A stretch of DNA of 64,000 nucleotides from Lama guanicoe (taxonomy: Eukaryota): the NCBI GenBank assembly GCA_013239625.1, contig MU056029.1, positions 186,001 through 250,000 of the forward strand, read 5' to 3'. Position numbers and translations under genes: made by a program. Shown here in pieces: positions 1 to 13,649 of this stretch. Position 1 is the first letter of the stretch. Every line of letters starts with the position of its first letter. Under the pieces are notes generated by a model that made no database searches, had not been told where the DNA came from, and saw nothing but the letters and a program-made list of their open reading frames with translations.

Positions 1-1645
1 GTACAAGACTTGCATGCTGAAAACTACAAAGCATTGCTAAAAGAAATTAAACAAAAACTAAATAAATGGAGACATAGATCATGTTCATGGATTGGAAGAT
101 TCAATCTTCTTAAGATGTCCATTCTCTCCCAAGTTAATCTATGGAATTGATGAAGCTTTTTTTTTTTTGTAGAATTAACAAGATTATTCTAAAATTTATA
201 TGGAAATGCAAAGGATCTGTGATGGCCAAAACAATTTTTTCAAAAGTGGTTCTTCTGTTTGTTCTTTTGTATACTACCTGATCTTAAATGTTATGATAAA
301 GTTTAAAGTAATCAAGACAGTTTGGTACTAATATAAGGATAGATTTATGAATTGATGGATAAGAGCAGACAGTCCAGAAATAAATTCACATTTTTATGGT
401 CAATTGATTTTCAGCAAAATTGCCAGAGCAATTCAATAGGGAAAGCATAGTCTTTTCAACTAATGATGCTGAGACAATTGGATATTCAAAGGCAAAATAT
501 GAGCTTACACTCTCACCTCATACCATATTCAAAAATTAACTCAAAATGAATCATAGACCTAAATGAAAGAATGAAAAGTATAAAACTTCTAGAAGAAAAC
601 ATAGGAGAAAAAAATTCTGTCCCCAGTATAGGTAAAAATTTCTTTGATATGATTACACCAAAAGCACAATTCATAAAAGAACACAATAAATTAAACATCA
701 TCAAAATTTTATCAAAATTTACCATTAGTAAAATGAAACGTCAAGCCACAGACTGGAGACAATATTTGCAAATTATATATCTAATAAAGGACATATTCAG
801 AACATACATAAAACTCTTATGAGTCAATAAGAGGACAGACAATCCAACTTGAAATGGGCCAAATATTTGAATAGCCCTTTCAACAAATATTCAAATGGAT
901 AATTAACACAGGAAAGTCAACATCATTGATTACTAGGGAAATTCAAATGAAAACCACAAAGAGGTACTATTTCACACCCACTAGAATGACTACAATCACA
1001 AAGGCTGATTCATATAAAGTGTTGTCCAGGATGTGGAAAATTTTCTGGTGAGTGTGTAAACTGGTGCAACCACTTTGGAAAGCAGTTTGGAACTTTCTTG
1101 AAAAGTTAAACATGTGCTTATCATACAACCCAGCAATTCTGCTCCTAGGTTTCCACCCACAAGAAAATAAAAGCATAGATCCCCACCAAGACTCGTGTGT
1201 GAATGTTTATACCGCGTTATTCATGATAGAAAAAACTGGAAAGAACACAAATCTCCGCCAACTGGTATATCTGTCCAGCAGAATGCTAAGAAATAAAAAG
1301 AATCAAAATGCTGGTACATGTGACATGGATGAATGTCAAAGCATTGTGCTCAAGTGGAAGGAGCCAGACAGAAAGAAACTGTATATGGTAGAATTCCATT
1401 TATATAAAATTTCTAGAAAGGGTAAAGCTGAAGAAACAGAAAGATGATCAGAAGTTGCCTCGGGCTGGGAATGGGAGCAGGGATTGGTTGCAAATGGGCA
1501 TGAGAGAGCCTTATGGAGTGATGGAATTGTTTTAAAATTATATGGTGGTGATGTTTGCACAGTTGTACACATTTACTAAAAATTGCTTAAGTGTACATTT
1601 ACAATGAGTGAATTTCATCGTATGTAAACTATACTTCATAGAAAT
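1..1645 (+). mobile_element. Ancient LINE-1 (L1M-type) ORF2 C-terminal region and 3' UTR, degenerate, runs off window start
   Basis: Opens as [17 protein letters not shown]; later IKLLEENIGE and [15 protein letters not shown]...YNPAILLLG (L1 ORF2 C-terminus). Many stops and frameshifts; L1M 3' UTR motifs to ~1645. Confidence 0.92.
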
Positions 1646-2249
1646 GAAAACCAAAAGTATTGATGACAATCATTAGATTATATATCTTTTAACTAGGAGG
1701 CAAGGTCACTGTATGTTAAAAGATGTTCCCCTCTCTGTGTGTACATGTGTGTGTGTATGTGTGTCTCATTCCATGTGCCAGGGTGTATACATTCACTTGG
1801 GGATCCTCTGGGCTCCAGCCAGCTCTCTCTGCATATATGCTTGCTTGTTTATAGCTTGACCAGGTGGCTGGCCTGAGGGCCATAGTCTGCAGGCAAATAC
1901 AAAAAGGAATTATACTAAATTCAGTGATTATGAATAATACACACTCTTTAGAGATGGTGAAAATAAGCAGTTTATCTGACCAATCCAATGGACTAAGGTG
2001 AAAAAAAATGGACAAAATCACATCACAGCATATGCAAGGAAATGGTGGAAAAAGTCCATTTCTTGGTGGAAATCTTTTTTTACATTGCCTCCTCAGAGAG
2101 ACCTTCCCTGGCTTGTGAAAATCAACATAACATTTCCACCACATACTTTGACTTCTATCTGTTTTCCCTGGTACTTTTTTTCCTGGTACTAACTGTTACT
2201 TTGAATGATGTCAGTAATTTTTATCATTTGCCTTTTATCTTCCCATTTT

Positions 2250-2380
2250 GCCTACTAAATTGCAAGTTCTGTGAAGGCTGGAACCTCGTCTTTTCCATGT
2301 GCTGTATCTTTAGCACCCAGAACTCTGCCTGGCATCAGGTAGGTGCTCATAACCATTAAATGAATCTGTGAGTGAATGAT
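2250..2380 (+). mobile_element. LINE-2 3' end fragment
   Basis: ctaaattgcaagttctgtgaaggc...agcacccagaactctgcctggcatcaggtaggtgctc...tgaatga resembles the L2 3' terminus. Confidence 0.55.
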
Positions 2381-2482
2381 GGGGAAGAGGAATTTAAGTC
2401 AGAAAGTCCCAAGTCCCAGAAGTGACATTAAGCTATGTGCAGGAATGACGAACAAGTCATAATTACTTTCAGTCATTTCCTC

Positions 2483-2586
2483 AGGAGGGGTGGGTATAGC
2501 TCAGTGGTAGAGTGTCTGCTTAGCATGCATGAGGTCTTGGGTTCATCCCCAGTATCTCCATTAAAAAGGAAAAAAAGAAAAAAAAA
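2483..2586 (+). mobile_element. tRNA-Ala-derived SINE (camelid Vic-1-like)
   Basis: gggtatagctcagtggtagag (A box)...ggttcatcccc (degenerate B box)...A-rich tail; imperfect flanking repeat agtcatttcct/aatcattcct. Confidence 0.9.
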
Positions 2587-2924
2587 TCATTCCTTTGGAA
2601 ACAGAAGTGGGGCGTGATAAGTAAATAAACCCTGGCAGATTTCTGAATGTTTACTTCAAACCTGTGCTTATACAAGGGAAGGAGGACTGGACTTCTCTTT
2701 GCAGTCAGTAGGACATTCACTGAGGAGGGCTGATTCAGCCCAAGCGCCTCAGCTCCGTTGGGGGCATAAGCAGGCATGATCCCTGGCCAGGAAAGGCCAG
2801 TGGGGAGTGACACACAAACCTGACATTAACCCTTCCTCTCTTCCCTAAAAACAGGAGACATTTATGGAGACAATTTCTTTGCAAGTCTTTATCCTTTGGC
2901 CACTCATTTGAATTCCCAAACACT

Positions 2925-3122
2925 CAATGGAATCCTATCTGTCTTCTTGCACTCAAAACTACGCCTGTGAGGTTCATGCATACTGTGGAATGAGTCTGTA
3001 GTAATTTTTCATTGTTATAGAAAATGCAAATATACTACATCTTATTAATCCATCCTACTGTGGCATCTGAGTTCTTTCCTGTTTTTGGATATAATGAATA
3101 ACGCTGTTAGGAAAATTCTTGA
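2925..3122 (-). mobile_element. Old LINE-1 3' UTR fragment
   Basis: aatggaatc...gtgaggttcatgcat...catcctactg...atgaataacgctgttaggaaaattcttg resembles antisense L1M 3' UTR. Confidence 0.55.
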
Positions 3123-3999
3123 AGCGAACATAGCCTGCCTCTGCTTGAATCATGAACAAAGGACTCTTCTACCGCAGAAACAGTGTCCCAGATTCACCTG
3201 GCTTTCTTATCACCATCCAGCTTTATGATCTGCAATAGCTATTTGACTACATTCTTCCACAAACAGCACGATTCATCAACACAACACAAGCTTTGTTTTC
3301 CTTACTGTTCTATTAATATGCTTGCCCACTAGAGAATATTATGAGACTTAATGAGATTTAAGATTCTGGAAGTCCTTGGAGCACCATGGGAGGAGTGCAC
3401 TAGACTAACTCCCAGCTTGTTTATGCTAATGGGATCCAGACGTAAGGCAGATAACATGATATCAACGCGGTAAATCCTCATTTCTGTCCTACAGTTTGGT
3501 AGTAGTATAAGTTCTCCTCCAACTTTCTCAGTAAAGCTTCCGAGGGCAAAATTAATAGTAAGAACCAGCAACGACTTTGAATTGTCAACATCTGTAGTGT
3601 GCTACAGAGTCTGGATCGGTAAGTCTGAAGCAGAGACCAGGAGACACATTTTTAACAAATACCCAAAGGAGACGTCAGTACACGTGTTCTTTGGACTCTG
3701 CTGTGGCAAGGCTGTCAAGAAGCAGGGACAGGAGGAGAAGCAAGGGGTATGACTAGGGGAGTGAAGAGAAAGATTTAAAAAACGTAAGAAGATGACAAGA
3801 AAACCAACTGCACTCCTTGCTGGAGATGGTGGTAAAGATCTGACTGTGGCGAGTGCTTAGAACCCAGGACTCTCTCCTCTGGACTCATCTACCTCCCACA
3901 CCAGTGCTGAGGCAAGTCGGGGTCTTGCCTTCCACATTGGCAGGCAGATTAGCAAAAACTTGAATGTTACATGTACTCACACCAAAGTGAGAAGTCATT

Positions 4000-5600
4000 T
4001 GGGGAGCACAACGATTTCAAAATGAAAAATAGCATACTCAATTATAGATCGTGTCAGAAGTAGAAATATTAAAAGAGGACCAAGAAATTAAATTATCCCC
4101 CACTGGGGATAACACGCTGGATGAGACAAAAGACAAAGTTAACAATGGGAAACAAGAACAATAAGAGTCTGACAATAACCAAGCAGAAAAATTAGGTGTC
4201 AAAAATAATAGCTAAAATAAAGAATACAGTCATTGGGATGTGTCTGAGGAATGAGTTAATAAATGAGAGGACAGGATGAGGAAATCTCTTGGAAGAGAAA
4301 GCAAAAAAAAAAATTTTTTTTTAATATATGGAGGAGAAAAATAGAAGTGCCAATATCCAGATAATAGGAGTCCCAGAAAGAGAAAATATAAATGGATATA
4401 AGAAAATATTTGAAGAAATAATGGAGATTAAATTTTCTCAAATTAAATAAAGATGAAAGACCTCTGTTTCAAAGGCCTCACAAGCGCCCTTGAAGACGTA
4501 AAGGAAAGCTTACGTGCAGATGTACTATAGTGAAACATAAGATATTGAAGACAAAGAGAAATTAGAAGGCTTTAGAGATAAAACAAATCACAAACGAGAC
4601 CAAGAGTCAGACTGACATCAGATTTAGTTTTCACGATCAACTAGAAACAAAAAGACACTGAAATGGGATAGTCAACATACTGAAGGGACACAACTTATAA
4701 TTGAGTTTCATATCCAAATAAACTGTCATTCAAACTTGGAGACAGGAGAAGATATTCTCTGGCACAGAAGTCCTTAGACGGTTTGTCAAACAAAGATCTG
4801 CTCTAGAAACAAGGGTGAACTGTTACACAAGTGGAGACAAAATCTAGGAGATGCTGCAGGAGGTCTACAGAGGAACAAAAGAGCTCACATCTTGGTAGAG
4901 TTTATTGTTGAATTAAAAAATTAGATCAAAGAGAAATAAAAAATATACTCATAATAACTATGAATTTTTAATCTAGATATTACCAACATAAGGGGTGAGG
5001 AGTCTGAAATATTTGAAAATGTGATAAAAATTCTTTCACTTTGGGGGTAGAAGAAATTAAAACATCAATACCAAAAAAAAAGTTAAGACAGCAATTAAAA
5101 TAATGGAAAAGTGCAAGAAAACTGAAATAATACACTTAGATTGTAAAAATAGATTTTGTTAGATCAGATGCCCCCCCAAGCACACTCTGACATGAGAATG
5201 GCTCCATGCAGAACACTGCACTGTCTGCCAGGCAGGTCCAAGTCCACCAGTAATGTCAATAAAGGTAAGTGAAATAAGCCTACAGTGAAAAACATGGACG
5301 TGTCAAAGTTGAAAACCTAGGAATGGAAAAAAGACATATTACGCAGTGACCTTTTCCAACCCCACTAATATTTATGGTCTTAAATCCTATCCTTATATTA
5401 TTAGACATAGTGGTAAAAATTTCCACACCAACCAAGTTGCTTTCTCGGTGTTAAACATGCATGCACCTGATAAAACAGCTTCAGACTATTTTAAGTTGAT
5501 GATTCAACAATGTAGAATAACAAGTTAAACAGATCATTTGAACATCAAATTTCAATAGGATGCATACAAATATGGAGGAACAGATACATGTTTAGAGCAG
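4000..5600 (+). mobile_element. Highly degenerate LINE-1/HAL1 ORF1 to ORF2-start remnant
   Basis: A-rich. ataataggagtcccagaaagagaa (IIGVPERE) and atatttgaagaaataatg (IFEEIM) are ORF1 motifs; ttaaacatgcatgcacct (LNMHAP) is an endonuclease-like motif near 5450. Confidence 0.6.
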
Positions 5601-5775
5601 AGATTTACCAGATACTTGAGGTATTTAAGACAGTAAAACTATTGTAGAGAGGGTAGGATGCCTCTGGGAAAAAACTCTATCTATGTCCAAATGATTGAAT
5701 ATTAAATTTTTCCCTTCATGATATGAAACTATTGTGTAAGTTTAAGCACTAGAAATTAAGAAGAACATGTTCTTC

Positions 5776-5875
5776 GTTTGTTTGTTTGTTTGCTTTAATG
5801 GAGGTACTGGGAATTGAACATAGGACCTTGGGCAGGATTAGCGGGTGCTCTACCACTGAGCTATGCTCTTCCCTC
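5776..5875 (-). mobile_element. Vic-1-like SINE
   Basis: Antisense: (tttg)n-ttaatggaggtactgggaattgaacataggacc...ctctaccactgagctat. Confidence 0.88.
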
Positions 5876-6161
5876 CAGAAGCCCAGAGTTTTGAGTGGAG
5901 AAGGGATGTGGGGAAAGCAGTAATAATCACCAGAGGTTAAAAGGAGAACCTTTTAACGGGTGACTGAGGGGATATCTGGAGAATGAGGAGGGAGAGAGTT
6001 TCAGGTCACATCAAAGCTTTGTGTTGACTGACCGAGAGCATCAGCGTGCCATTGGCAGGGGCCCTGGCTGGCGAGCGCAGAGGGCCCATGTTATAACGCT
6101 GTTCACACAGCCTCATGGAGACAGTACAGAGAACCTGTGTCAATTACGAACTATAAATTAC

Positions 6162-6645
6162 TGTTACCCAGTGCACATTCATGTGCCCAACACACTGTGA
6201 GGCAGAACAAACTGAAATATCAGGGTTTGAAACAGAAAAAGGTTTATTGCAGGACCGAGCAAGAAGGACAGGTGGCTCGGGCCCAAGAAAACCCCGAATT
6301 CCCTGAAGGGTTTTAGCAAAACATATTTAAAGGCCAGGTGAGGGAGGGGGGTGCAGGGTACCTGATCAGCTCATGCACAATCTTCTGATTGGCTGATGTG
6401 GAGGGAAGAAAGCATCCACACCGTCCACTCCTAGGTGCCAGGTCTGGGAGCCAGGTGCTCTCGATCATCAAGTAGTTAATTTCTTCCAATTGGTGGTGGT
6501 TTTTAGCATCTGAAAAACTCAGGACTTATGCATGAGATACTACGATCTGGGTACTTCAGAGAGGAGCTACAGCAGAGGATATGGGGGAGTGGGGGGGAGG
6601 TGGGATCTGTCCCGGCAAGGTCCCACAGCATGCTGCTCGGTTACA
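6162..6645 (-). mobile_element. ERV solo LTR
   Basis: Terminal inverted ends tgttacc...ggttaca (TG...CA). The minus strand carries CCAAT (gattgg on +), a TATA-like tttaaata and AATAAA (tttatt at ~6243) in LTR order. Confidence 0.75.
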
Positions 6646-8971
6646 CTGAATGCCTGGAGGAGGCCTCTCCACAGGGCATGGCCCATAGTGGGGCAGCTGC
6701 CAGCATCTGTGAGAGGGTCATGAGTGGTACAGGACAGGAACTCTTGCTGTCAGCAGGGGACAGGACAGTTGCTTTGCCTGAACAGGTGGAGAATGGGGAA
6801 GAAGAGAACGACTGGGGCGTGGGTTCCAGAAGACTGGTTTAAAAAGCCCCAACAATTTTTCCAGTCTTATCCCAATAGGGGAACAAAAAAAGAAAAGTAA
6901 GCATTAAGTTTATATAATGTAAAAAGTAAGGGTAATGCCAGTGGAAAAGGTCTTGAGGGAGTCAGTGAAGCTCAAAGTGTTGTCCAGATTAGTTTTGGGG
7001 GCCAAAATCCTGTGATATTGAATATTAATGTATGTATTCTTTAAGATTGTCAGCTAAGCCTTAGGAGTGTTTTATATTAGGTGGGATGTCCCTTTAACTG
7101 GACTTGACCCTGGTCCAGAATTGGATCTGGGTCCCACGCGTGTATTTTAGGAAGTAGCAGGTGAGGCCATTGAATTTGGCACGTTGCTGAAAACAGTGCC
7201 CAGGGAATGAACCCTGACATCACCCAGCCCTCTTAGCTTGCTAAGAATGCATCACACTTTCTTGATCTTCTGCCAAAGAACACAGCCAACCTCTAGCACA
7301 GAAACCAGGAGAGAAGCCTGGGTGTCTAATGTTCTCTCTACCCTCAGAAATAATTCCCAAACCATTCACTGGACCCGGCACGGAGCAGCTCACAGAGCAG
7401 ACACGACCAGCCTGTGGGAAGACACTTTCTCTGAGCTGTTACTACTGGCCTGGCCCTGCTGGCTTGTGCTGATGGTTACACTTTTTCCTGGATAAGGAGC
7501 AGGTGACAGCAGACTGGCCACTGGAGGATTTTGTAATAGAGGTCACGGGGTTAGTGATGTATTACGACTCTTGTGCTAAAATCTGTTTAGTAGAACTGTC
7601 AGAAACAGAATCCACTCTTCAGTGCCCAGCAACTTGTGGAGATCAGACCAGCACAGAGCACACAGTGTGTCTAAACCAGTGACAGTGTCAAACAGTACTT
7701 GGGAGCAATTGATCTCAGAGAAGGGAACTGAATCGAGGCAGTAAGGCTGCCATCCACTGTGTCATTGCCCCGAGGCACATCGTGGGGACGGCTTGGCAGG
7801 ACCACCCTTGCCTAAGGGCCTCGCTGTGAAGGGCTGTGTCCACCAGTGGTAGCTTCTGCAGAACAGAACCATTGCAGTTCTTTCTCATCAGAATCCACTT
7901 GAAAGTCATCCTGTTCTTGAGTCAGCAGAGGAGTCGATCAGAGTGTTAGAAGACGATGTTGATGTCGTTAAAGAAACTTATTTTAGAAATTCTAAGAAAG
8001 CGGTTAGCTAAGTTTAATAAACTGGAGTACAAAAAATTCCCCAGCAACATGCACCTTCTCAGAGCCCTTATGGAAAATGACTGCCCAGGATATGACTTGA
8101 ACGCATCATAATAAATGGAACAATAAAGAGAAGAGATGTGCTCAAAGAAAACAGAATAGCCTTTGGAACAAAGGCCTTTATCCTCAGTGAAGACTATCAG
8201 GGAATTTTTAGGTTAGAGAAGGTGGTTTTTATAAGTATGAGTTTAGACTGTGTCATGTAGCAACATTTAGTTATCATAATATTTTTATATTCTTGTTTTT
8301 AGAAAAATACATTTTGAAACATGAGTGTTAACACCACCACAAACCTTGAAATAATTGTCCAGTTTTTAGGACACATTTTGTCAATGTTGAAACAATTATA
8401 GTGATTGGTTAATCTTTTAAAAATTTTATTTTAAAAATAATTTCTATGATTAGAAAAGTGATACATGCTTAACATTATTATGCTTTTCTGATTATAAAAG
8501 TAACGCAGTGAGAAATTCCAAAGAAGGAAGAAAAGGTCTTCAAAAAGACCTACTTCCCCAAGATAGAGAAAATCACGTATCTGAGCATTCAGACATTCCA
8601 CAAGTATTCATCGACCCTTGCCTGTAGGCTAGACGCATGTTTAGATGCTGGGGATACAAAATTTGAATGATGCCGTTGTCATGTCCCTGGAGGGTGCAGC
8701 TTACAAAGGAACACGGCTGGGACTGGGATGCTGTGGGAGCAGAGAGGAAGGTCAGATCAGAAGAGGGAGAGGTGAGGGATGGCTTCTGGAGGCAGAGAGA
8801 ATTTGAGTTACAAAGAAGAGGTGTGGTGGGAGGAGACCCCAGACAGAGGGTTAGGGTTAGCGGTCATTGTCCCCCCCTGGAGGAGGGACACTAGCATCTG
8901 ATTAGGCTGGAGAAGCCAGTCAGGAGAGTCAGCTTGTGAAAGGCATGAATCTGACTTCAAACGTGAAGGGA

Positions 8972-9111
8972 GAGGTGCTCAGTGGTGGAGCACATGCCTA
9001 GCATGCACGAGGCCCTGGGTCCAGTCCCCAGTACCTCCCTCAAATAAACAAATTAAATTTTAAAAAAACCCAAACAAATCTAATTACCTGCCCCCACTAA
9101 ATACATAAATA
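8972..9111 (+). mobile_element. Vic-1-like SINE with 13-bp TSD
   Basis: gctcagtggtggagcacatgcctagcatgcacgaggccctggg...taattacctgccccc; TSD aaacgtgaaggga at 8959-8971 and 9112-9124. Confidence 0.92.
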
Positions 9112-11356
9112 AAACGTGAAGGGAACTTCCTGATGTGTGGCTTTGACAACCTAGCCGTCTGCCAAGATAGAGAATGATCTGCCCGAAATTTTGTTCCTAG
9201 TCCTATTGACTAAACTTGGTTTTGCGATGTGTGAGCTGCGGTGGCATCTGTGTCTGTCCCAACCCAAGGCAGTGTCATTGCCCCCGAAAGTGAGCATCCT
9301 TCCACCAAAAGAAACTTCAGCACAGAAAACAAGCCAGACAAACGGAGCCTCAACGTTTGGCCTCAGGCTGGACATCCAAGGAACCGTGCCTGTCCCACCT
9401 GAGAGATGATGGGAGAGGCACCATGAAAAGGAAAGGCGGCTGCTCAGAGAGTTAAAAAATAAGATGATAACTAACTTTTACTGGGACAGAACTTCCTGGA
9501 TTCTCTTCAAATCTTAATCACTCTTAAAATTCTGTGGCTAAATAAAAACAGCCAATGTTTACTGAGTATTTTATGCCAGAGGGTCACCAAGTTTTCATGA
9601 GCGACTCATAATGCCCATGTAACTCTACAAAAGACAATAAAAGGGGCTCAGTGTGAGAGGAAGAACATTTTACCCTATTCATGGGAGGAGGTTTAGGAAA
9701 AGTGAGGTAGACAGGCGTGCAAATGCTCCAGTGAAATGACACCTTCACGAGATGGTGTGAGTCTAATTTTTTCCTAGTGAATTTTATGAAATTTAATGAA
9801 TTCTAGTGAATTTTGTTTAGTGAGTCTAATTTTGTCGGCCTAATGTAAGGCATATTAAAGCACAAATTTGTTTATCTCTGGGAGTTGGGAAATTTAAGTA
9901 AAGTTTATTCCTTCTTTAGACCTTTTCTCTAGGATGAACACAAACAATTTTTATAGCGAAATTGTTATTTTTATAAAAGGACAATGTTATCTAGCTGAAT
10001 TGGAGCCCAGAAGCAATGAGTCAAAAAAGTCTTTCTCTAAACGCCCCTTCAACTGTTGAACCCTAAGTATTTATTTGTAGCCATCGCTATGCAGGAAGAG
10101 TTTTTCTTCTCTCATTAGACGGGAGTTCTGGCTGAGTCAGTGGGCAGAGGCTGGATCTGAGGTTTTACAGCTATAGGAAGGGCACGAGAAGTGGACAGAG
10201 CAACTTTCCGTGAAGACTTGGTGGAGATGAGAGGCTAGAAATTGACAGAACTACAGAAGGAATACTCTGCGTGGTTCAGGCAAAAGGAGAGCTGTTTATC
10301 TGCCCAAAGGACTGAGGTGATGCAGAGCAGGAGGGACCCCTTTTCCTCCCCTCGGCAAGAGCCAAGCAACTGCCTGGCATCAAGGGAGCCTGAGACCATG
10401 GGATTAGGTGGCCACTGTCGGGTGATAGGCAGGGCTGGGGTGAGACAGTCAGAGCCAGGCCCCTTTGGGCACAAGTGGGAGCTTCAGCTGGACCAGGGCA
10501 GGTGCAGCTCACATAGGAGTGAGCGTGAGGCCCCTTTCAGGACTCAGACGCATGGGGGAACCTCAAGGACAATAGATGGTGAGCTGTGGAGGGTGGCCTT
10601 GTTTTGTGATCAGAGGCTGATGGAGGCTCAGCATGAGGTTCTGTTACCAGGACCAGAAAGACAATGATGCACTTAAGAGTATGCAAGACATTCGACATCC
10701 GGTGGAATCCAGCCCAAAGCAGCACACAGTTTCTGACTTGCTTTGTGGTCCCAGTGAGCACCACTGGAGGCAAAACAGCTGGTGGCTGCCGGGGTCCCCA
10801 CGAGGGAAGGTGCCAGATATGCCCTGCCTGCCCCACCCACAGGAGGCTTAAGGAGACACAGGTTTGCAGCTTTAGGAACACATCTCCATGTTAAGGACAA
10901 GGTCATGACCATCTGCTAGACCCCATTCAACCCAAGTGCAGGCACCTTAAAGGGAAACACAAACTGACTGACTGAAGCATTTGGTTGTGCGACTATGAAC
11001 TTCCCAACGTGACTGAGAAAGCTCCACTGTGCTTGAGCGCAGACCAGACCCAAGTCAATGTGATGCCTGTGGGTTTCCTGAGAACTCTGAGGAGTTCTCT
11101 CTCAGCCTGATGTGGCCACAGGCCATGGGCATCTGCTAAAGCCAATGGCAAAAGCAACCTAATGACGGCTCTGCTGAGAGTGAGTTCATTTACTGACAGG
11201 GTTCTATTTTCAGGGCCCTCCTCCCCCAGGACAGAGTTAATACAATTTCAGAAAGAATGTGTTCAACCCATGTTTCAGCAAAGAAATGGATTCAGTAGCC
11301 ATCACATGATTTCTGGGCTCAGGAGGAGAATGAGGACCACACTTAAAACAACCTTT

Positions 11357-11428
11357 AGGGGTGTGCTTTTGGGTTTAATCCCCCGTACCTCCTTTAAAAA
11401 TAATAATGATAATAAAAATTAAAAAACA
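11357..11428 (+). mobile_element. Truncated Vic-1-like SINE
   Basis: tgggtttaatcccccgtacctcctttaaaaataataat matches the SINE 3' half. Confidence 0.55.
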
Positions 11429-12659
11429 ATATTTGTGTCCTGTTTCGGGGTTTACTGGTGGGATATGTAGATTAAAATATAGCTGTTTTAAAAAGCCTGT
11501 TCAATCAAGGCAGGTAGGCCACATTGGTCGGACACCACGAGGCCCCTCCCCCAGAGGAGGTGACTCAGAGCCCAGGTGTGAGCAGGCCCCCTGCACCCTC
11601 AAACGTGCACCCCTGTGGAGAACCTGGGGTGGACTCTGGTGCCCTCCTGATCGTGTTCTCCACACCAGCAGCTCCTGGATCTTTAAATCGATTTAACTAG
11701 AAGTGCTCAAAGTTATTTGACCAGAATATTTGTTTTTGTTTTTTTTCCCTCTTGAAACACCTCACCTCACCAAGGAACACTCTGCTTTCTGGCAGGGACT
11801 TTAAGAAGCCCTTTCCCATTGTTTTCTGGGGACATGCTGTCATTTCCCTCTGGAACTTAACACAGAGTATATTTCTCTTTCTGCCTTTTTGATGTGACTG
11901 TTCGTCTTCCAGGACACAGACCAGGGCTAATGGAACGTCACATCATCCCAGCATCATCTCGTCCAGGGCTTGGCTAACAGCTGCCATAGCGGGAAGCCAC
12001 CTCCGGGAGGTCTGGTGTGCACCTGCAGGACCAGCCGGCTGGGGGATGGGCTTGGCCAGGGAGCGGGGTTGGCCTTGGACCTTCTGAGAGTGGGGACAGG
12101 CCTTTCTCTTTCCAGGTGCTAAACTGCAGCAAACAGCAGCTACCACACAATTCCTGGAAGATACGCTGTTTGAGGGGTTCCCATGGTGGGGGAGCCCTTT
12201 CCACTGGACAGTTATGCATCAAGTGTGGAGAATTGGGGTTCCTCTGGGCCCTGTGTTTCAGGGTTCAGTCTCCCGTTGTTGGCAGTGGACAGGAATTGGG
12301 CTGGAAGGCAGCTCCTGGGGAAGGAGGCAGACTACATTGCTCTGTCTTTAATCAGCCACACAAGTTGAAACAAAACTTGAAGAAAAAGAAGAAAATTAAT
12401 TCACCTTTTTCTAAAGTTTGTTAATCTTCAGTTGCCATTAATTTTATTTTTAAATACTTTGGAATTTCATTAAAAATTTTTTAATTTTAATTACTCAATT
12501 TAAAAAAAATTTTGAAATAACTGCAGAATCACAGAAAGTAGCAAAAAAAAAAAAAAACACAGAGAGGACTTCTCACTAAATTTTCCCCAGTGGTAAGGTC
12601 TTTTATGAACAGGCGCAACAGCACAATCAGAACAACGATGCTCCCTGCTCCGTCAGGCG

Positions 12660-13284
12660 GGTAATTTGTATCTGCTCCCTCTCTGTCTCTGTCAGTCTTG
12701 CCAGAAGTGTGTCAGTTCCACTGACGTGTTCAAAAGAACTAGCTTCTTGTTTTATTGATTTTTCTCTATTGCTTTTCTGATTCCTATTTCATTGATTTCT
12801 GCTGTTTTTTATTTCTTTTTTTCCTGCTTGTTTTAGTTTGTTTTTCATTTTCTAATTTCTTGAGGCAGGAGCTTATTATTACTGATTTGAGAACTTTTTT
12901 CGTCAATTCACTTAGTGCTGTAAATTTCCTTCAGCAGTACCTGAGCTGTATTTTTTCTTTCCTTTTTTTTTTTAGGGAAGGTACTAGAGACTGAACTCAG
13001 GATCTCGTGCATGCGCTCTACCATTGAGCTCTACCCCTACCCTCCTGGCATGTTGTATTTTTATTTTCACTCAGTCCTATGTATTTTTAAAATTTCCTCT
13101 GAGTCTTCTACTTCCATCCATGGATTATTTAGAAGTGTGGTGTTTAATTTCCAAGTTTGGGGAGACTTTCCTCATATCTTTCTGTTACTGACCTTTAGTT
13201 TGATTTCTTTATGGCAAGAAAATATACTCTGCATGATTTTGATTCTTTTAAATTTGTTGAGGTTTGTTTTACGACCCAGGATAT
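12660..13284 (-). mobile_element. LINE-1 ORF2 fragment (antisense), interrupted by a SINE
   Basis: T-rich antisense L1 motifs: ttcaaaagaactagctt, ttagtgctgtaaatttcct, ttatttagaagtgtggtgtttaatttcca, aaatttgttgaggtttgtttta. Confidence 0.8.
12951..13045 (-). mobile_element. Vic-1-like SINE
   Basis: polyT-ggaaggtactagagactgaactcaggatctcgtgcatgcgctctaccattgagctctacccc. Confidence 0.8.
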
Positions 13285-13623
13285 ACATCCAACCCTCTGT
13301 GTCTACAGGTTCTGCATCTGCAAATTCAACCAGCTATGGATCAAAAATACTTGAGAAAAAGAAAAAAAAAATCTGGAAATTTCCAAAAAGCAAAACTTGA
13401 ATTTGCCATGTGTGCTGACAACTGTTTACTTAGCATTTACATTGTATTGGGTATTATAAGTAATTTAGAGATTATTGAAATTATACAGGAGACTGTGTTA
13501 GGTTATAGGCAAATACTTCACAATTTTATATAAGGGTCTTGACCATCCTTGGACTTTGCTCTCTGCCATATGGAGGTGGGGGATCCAGGAGCCAATCCCC
13601 TAGGGATACCAAGGGATGACTAT
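13285..13623 (+). mobile_element. Tigger-family MITE (MER2/Tigger2-like)
   Basis: ccctctgtgtctacaggttctgcatctg...ttccaaaaagcaaaacttgaatttgc...ccaatcccctagggataccaagggatgacta; degenerate TIRs flanked by TA. Confidence 0.85.
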
Positions 13624-13649
13624 AGTCTATCTTGGTGGATGTTCCACCA

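Noticed and set aside
7860..8010. Open stretch NRTIAVLSHQNPLESHPVLESAEESIRVLEDDVDVVKETYFRNSKKA as a coding exon
   Set aside because: No recognisable homology, weak splice context and no partner exons.
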